A stretch of 35,353 nt of DNA from Chiloscyllium plagiosum. Lineage: Eukaryota. The DNA is taken from NCBI RefSeq assembly GCF_004010195.1, contig NC_057756.1, forward strand, positions 9,390,592 through 9,425,944, given 5' to 3'. Below, piece by piece: positions 31,076 through 35,353 of the stretch. Numbering within the stretch: the first letter of the stretch is position 1; each line of letters begins with the position of its first letter. The notes under the pieces are model-generated. The model saw only the letters and a program-made list of their open reading frames with translations, made no database searches and was not told the origin of the DNA. Made by a program: the position numbers and the translations under genes.

Positions 31076-31494
31076 TTAACCCACAGCCAGACTTCTCCAA
31101 CCACTCGGATTCATGACAGCCCATAAACAGTCAACCACACTCAGACAACAACTCACTAGGACAAAAGACCCTATGCCCACCATTTGCAAGACTATTGTAA
31201 CTTACAAGATTCCAAGCAAAGACTGCAAGAAACACCATATGTGACAAATAGACAGACAAGCAGCAAATCTTTACACAAAGCTTGGGCAGGCTCGTATATT
31301 GGTACAAACCTTTGAAGGTATTGATTGTAGCATACCTCTGTAAATCCTCATCTAATCACAACTGCAGGTACATATAGCTCATGCCCAGCTTCCTGAAGGA
31401 TAGCCTCCCTACCAATTTTGCATATAAATCCTCTAATCAAGAGATTGAGTATTTACCCAGCTGCGACAAGCACTTCCCAATAGTCAGTGGGTAA

Positions 31495-33112
31495 TTGAGA
31501 AACAAATTTGTAAGGAGATCTCAGTTATCTGTAAGAATAAAAGGGTGGCAATGGTAGAGGATTTTAACTTTCCAAACATAGATTGGGACTGTCATAGTAT
31601 TAAGGACAGGAATTTGTTAAGTGTGTACGAGAAAATCTTCTGATTCAGTATGTGGATGTACCTACCAGAGAAGATTCAAAACTTGACCTACTCTTGGGAA
31701 ATAAGGCAGGTTAGGTGACTGAGGTGTCAATGGAGTCAAGGCACTTTGAGGCCAGTGACCATAATCCTATTAGTTTTAAAACAGTGATGGAAAAGAGTAG
31801 ACAAAATCTAAAACATGAATCTTTAAATGGGAGGATGGTATTAGGCAAGAACTTTGATTGGGCAGAAATTCACTGGTAAAGGGACAGCTGGAAAATGGCA
31901 AACCTTCAAAAATACAGTATGTTTCTGTTAGGATGAAGGGCAGGGCTGGTAGGTATAGGGAATGCTGGATGACTAGAGAAATTGAGGTTTTGTTCAAAGA
32001 AAAGAAGGAAGTATATGTCAGTATGAACAGTAGGGATCAAGTGAATCCCGAGAAGAGTATAAAGGCAGTAGAAGCATACTTAAGAAGGAAAAAAGGGGCC
32101 AGGAGATGGCTTTTGCAAATAGGATTAAGGAGAATCCAAAGGGATTCTACAGATACATTAAGGACAAAAGTGTAACTATGGAGAGAATATGGCCTATGTA
32201 TGGAACCGCTGAGATGGGAAATAATAAATGACTATTTTGCATCAGTGTTTTCTGTGGAGAAGAGAAATAAATAGTGACATCATGAAAAATGTCCGTATTA
32301 CAGAGGAGGAAGTGCTGGATGTTTTAAAACACATAAAGGTGGATAAATCCTCACGACCTGATTGGGTGTACTCTAGAATTCTGTGGGAAGCTAGGGCAAT
32401 GATTGTTGGGGACCTTGCTGAGATATTTATATCATCAGTAGTTACAGGGGAGGTTCAGGCAGACTGGAGGTTGGATAACATGTTGCCACTACTTACAAAA
32501 TGTGGTAGGAAAAGCCAGAGAACTATAGACTGGTGAGCCTGATATCAGTGGTGGGCACATTGTTGGAATGAATCCTGAGGGACAGGATTTACAGGTATTT
32601 GGAAAGACAAGGACTGATTGGGGATAGTCAACATGGCTTTGTCCGTAGGAAATTCTGTCTTACTAGCTTGATTGAGTTTTTCGAAGAAGTAACAAAGAAG
32701 ATTGATGAATGCAGAGCAGTGGACATGATCTATATGGACTTTAGTAAGGTGTTCGACAAGGTTCCTCATGGTAGACTGGTTAGCAAGGTTAGATCACATG
32801 GAATACAGGAAGAACGAACCATTTGGATACAGAACTGGCTTATAGGTAGAAGACAGAGGGTGGTGGTGGAGGGTTGCTTTTCAGACCAGCGGTGTGCCAC
32901 AAAGATTGGCGCTGGCTCCACTGATTTCCATCATTTATATAAATGATTTGGCTGTGAATATAGGAGGCATGATAAGTAAGTTTGCAGATGACACCAAATT
33001 GGAGGTGTAGTGGGCCAAATGCTGGCAAATGGGACTAGATTAATGATATCTGGTCGGCATGGAGGAGATGGACCGAAGTGTCTGTTTCTGTGCTATACAT
33101 TTCTATGATTCT
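31495..33112 (+). mobile_element. Internally deleted CR1 (HER1-like) LINE ORF2 pseudogene inserted in the Gypsy RT
   Basis: Endonuclease motif EDFNFPNIDW about 31555; RT motifs QHGFVRRKFCLTSLIEFFEEVT, YMDFSKVFDKVPH and KFADDTK (about 32978-32998); CR1 tail 33010-33112. Confidence 0.9.
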
Positions 33113-33454
33113 AATTGGTGACTGTTGCTGCCCATTCTGCAAACTGGACTGGTTTGATAATTCCTTTGCAGCCTTCTGATTTCTGCCTTTACATTTGCCT
33201 CTAAGGCAAATGACACTGGGCAGCCCTTGCAGAATTACAGAATGGCTTCCTGGTCAATATGCAAGGTGGCCTAAGCTTCTTTGGCAGTCCCTAAACCTTC
33301 CTTAAAGATGTCTGGGTATTCAATTAGCATTTCACTCAGGTAGCTATTTTCTAATTGAAAAATGTTGAACCAATCTAGGTGAATCTTTATCAAACAATTT
33401 TGCCCCATCAACCGATGGTGCCAACAGTAGTGGTCACTGAACCAGCTGCCCCAG

Positions 33455-33577
33455 GAAAGGTTTGGAGGAATATGGGCCGGGTGCTGGCTGGCAGGACTAG
33501 ATTGGGGGGATATCTGGCCGGCATGGATGAGTTGGACCGAAGGGTCTGTTTCCGTGCTGTACATCTCTATGACTCTC
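33455..33577 (+). mobile_element. CR1 3' tail inserted in the Gypsy protease region
   Basis: gaaaggtttggaggaatatggg...ggaccgaagggtctgtttccgtgctgtacatctctatgactc. Confidence 0.8.
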
Positions 33578-33783
33578 ATAAGAGACTAGAACTGAAGTTG
33601 TACCGTTAATCTGTAAAGGTTCCTTGATACAGGTTCTCAGTCTCACCAAGGTCTTGAAAAACCTTAAGGGTTAGACTTCAGAGGGGAGTTTGCTCTGTGA
33701 TTACTGAAACGGCTGCACCAGTATCGATCTCCATGAGAATCAAATGGCCAATTTAACCAGGTGTTGATTTTGATTGGCTCTGT

Positions 33784-34090
33784 GGGCGGTACGGTGGCAC
33801 AGTGGTTAGCACTGCTGCTTCACAGCGCCGGAGACCCGGGTTCAATTCCCGCCTCAGGCGACTAACTGTGTGGAGTTTGCACGTTCTCCCCGTGTCTGCG
33901 TGGGTTTCCTCCGGGTGCTCCGGTTTCCTCCCACAGTCCAAAGATGTGCAGGTTAGGTGAATTGGCCATGCTAAATTGCCTGTAGTGTTAGGTAAGGGGT
34001 AAATGTATGGGTGGGTTGTGCTTCGGCGGGTCGGTGTGGACTTGTTGGGCCGAAGGGCCTGTTTCCACAATGTAATGTAATCTAATCTAA
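33784..34090 (+). mobile_element. Full-length HE1-type V-SINE inserted just upstream of the Gypsy protease motif
   Basis: Intact A box (TGGCACAGTGG), B box (GGTTCAATTCC), V-domain and (TAATC)n tail. Confidence 0.92.
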
Positions 34091-35353
34091 AAAATCTGAC
34101 TTGGATGTTGCTAAGCAATTTAACTGTTCAAAACCAGATGGAGGTGGACTTTCCAGGGTGTGCAATCTACTGTATACTGTATTCAGACCTTGTGGAACTC
34201 TTTTGCTGTCTGTAGTCCACATACATGCAGAAACTACAATGGCTTGCCAGGCCAGAGGCTGTAGAAAATTTTAACAATTTGGCCGAGGCTTGGCTTTGTT
34301 TAGGGGTTTTGCTGTGGACCGTTCCAGAGTCCCTCTGTTTTGAATATGTCCTGAGAAAGGCTACACAATTGCCTCCACTCAAGTGGTGTTCCCAAGATCA
34401 ATCGGACTGGCGAGGGTGTGCACTTCCATTGGAATACCCAGGTAATTCATGTGCTCCACATGCTGCATTTTGCAATGATAAAGCCAGTTATAGTGCCTGT
34501 TTAAAGTCCAGTTGGACTTCAGCTTGTAGGTGCTTTTGCATGGCTACATCATTAATCCCACATATCGAACACAGTCTCTCAGTATCTCATTAAGTGTTAA
34601 ACTAAAGTCACATGCCTCTGCCAGTCATCTAAACCAGGTCAAAAATCCCAATACAGATTTGCCTGGTTCTCAAATTGCCAAGTAAAACTGATTCAGTCTC
34701 AAAATTATAGGAGGCTTGGGGTCATAATATTCCTGAGCTAACTTCATCGTCTCTTGAAACGTTGTAGTATCTGGTGATTCAGGGACACTTAGGCTGGACC
34801 AGATTAACAGCCCCAATCAGGGAACTCATATTCTATGAGAATCGCCATGCCAACCTCATTACAATCACTGCACTGATTGGTCAGGAACAGGCAAGCATTG
34901 GTCTGGGCGGTGGCAGCTGAGGACAATACAAAAAAGGCCATTCCCCTGATTACAGGATCGCTCCTACAAATGCACAGTCCCACCACTGCCCGTCCCGCAC
35001 ACCACTCACCCTCACAGGACCATCCCCCACCTCTAAGGACCCTCCTCTTCCCCAAGCGCCCTTTTGTACAGTAAGTGCATGCCCCAGCCGCAGGTCTCTC
35101 CATCAGACACCAGCCCCTCACTCGGCCTCTCTCCCTTCAGAATCCGCCCCCTCAGAGGCACAAACCGCTCAAGTCAGGAGCCTCCATTCCCCAAATCCCC
35201 ACTCCCATCCCGACCCAGTCTCCTTCCCCCATCATTAGCCTCCCACCCCTCCCCAGGCCACACATCCCGACCCGTTTCAGACGCCCTCCAACTTCCTGCT
35301 GGCCCCTTGCCTGTTCCCTTACCCCTCCAACTTACTCCCAGCCAACCCCCAAG

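Larger units (their letters stand above)
26788..34872 (-). mobile_element. Decayed Gypsy/Ty3 LTR retrotransposon (gag-PR-RT-RH-INT order) with nested insertions
   Basis: 5' LTR remnant about 34776-34872. gag remnant (YYDPKPPIILRLNQF...LAEACDF) about 34480-34770. Protease MEIDTGAAVSVI 33699-33734. RT pieces 33110-33450, 31285-31490 (EDLYAKL...YATINTFKGLYQY) and SLDD at 30721-30732. RNase H TCDASLYGIGVVL about 30300-30338. Integrase WEWLGKPWTRLHIDYAGPF about 28755-28815. PPT AGAGGGGGAGGGA at 27468-27480 directly before the 3' LTR starting TGTAGTGA at 27467. Many stops and frameshifts. Confidence 0.88.

Noticed and set aside
31858..32946. RT-like ORFs as an active or domesticated gene
   Set aside because: Multiple stops, frameshifts and internal deletions; a dead CR1 copy.
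34880..35353. C-rich terminal region with Pro-rich ORFs
   Set aside because: Low complexity, with no recognisable domain or splice-supported exon.

Overview
Vertebrate genomic DNA, almost certainly from a shark or other elasmobranch (HE1-type V-SINEs, HER1/CR1-type LINE tails), and mostly repeat-derived. Most ORFs in the supplied track are repeat or low-complexity artefacts. Reading splice signals by hand gives one complete 7-exon minus-strand gene, join(24541-24481, 20129-20008, 19067-18869, 18163-18012, 15182-15038, 12581-12440, 10097-10007). It is 912 nt, all introns are GT-AG and all phases are compatible. It encodes a 303-aa type I membrane protein (signal peptide, two Ig domains each split over two exons, TM helix, short tail) that I cannot assign to a named gene. 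Two Penelope-like families carry minimal hammerhead-ribozyme cores, intact at 13383 and 25664. They occur mostly as short fold-back units with 13-15 bp target-site duplications. One nested locus (25155-26183) has captured an inverted copy of its own flank. A decayed Gypsy LTR retrotransposon (about 26.8-34.9 kb, minus strand) holds many nested insertions (CR1, HE1, Tx1). There is also a Tigger4/MER46-like MITE, several TE-derived minisatellites, a 74-nt assembly gap and weak hints of a second minus-strand spliced transcript at 0.65-8.3 kb. Repeat-family names come from recognising sequence motifs, not from database searches.
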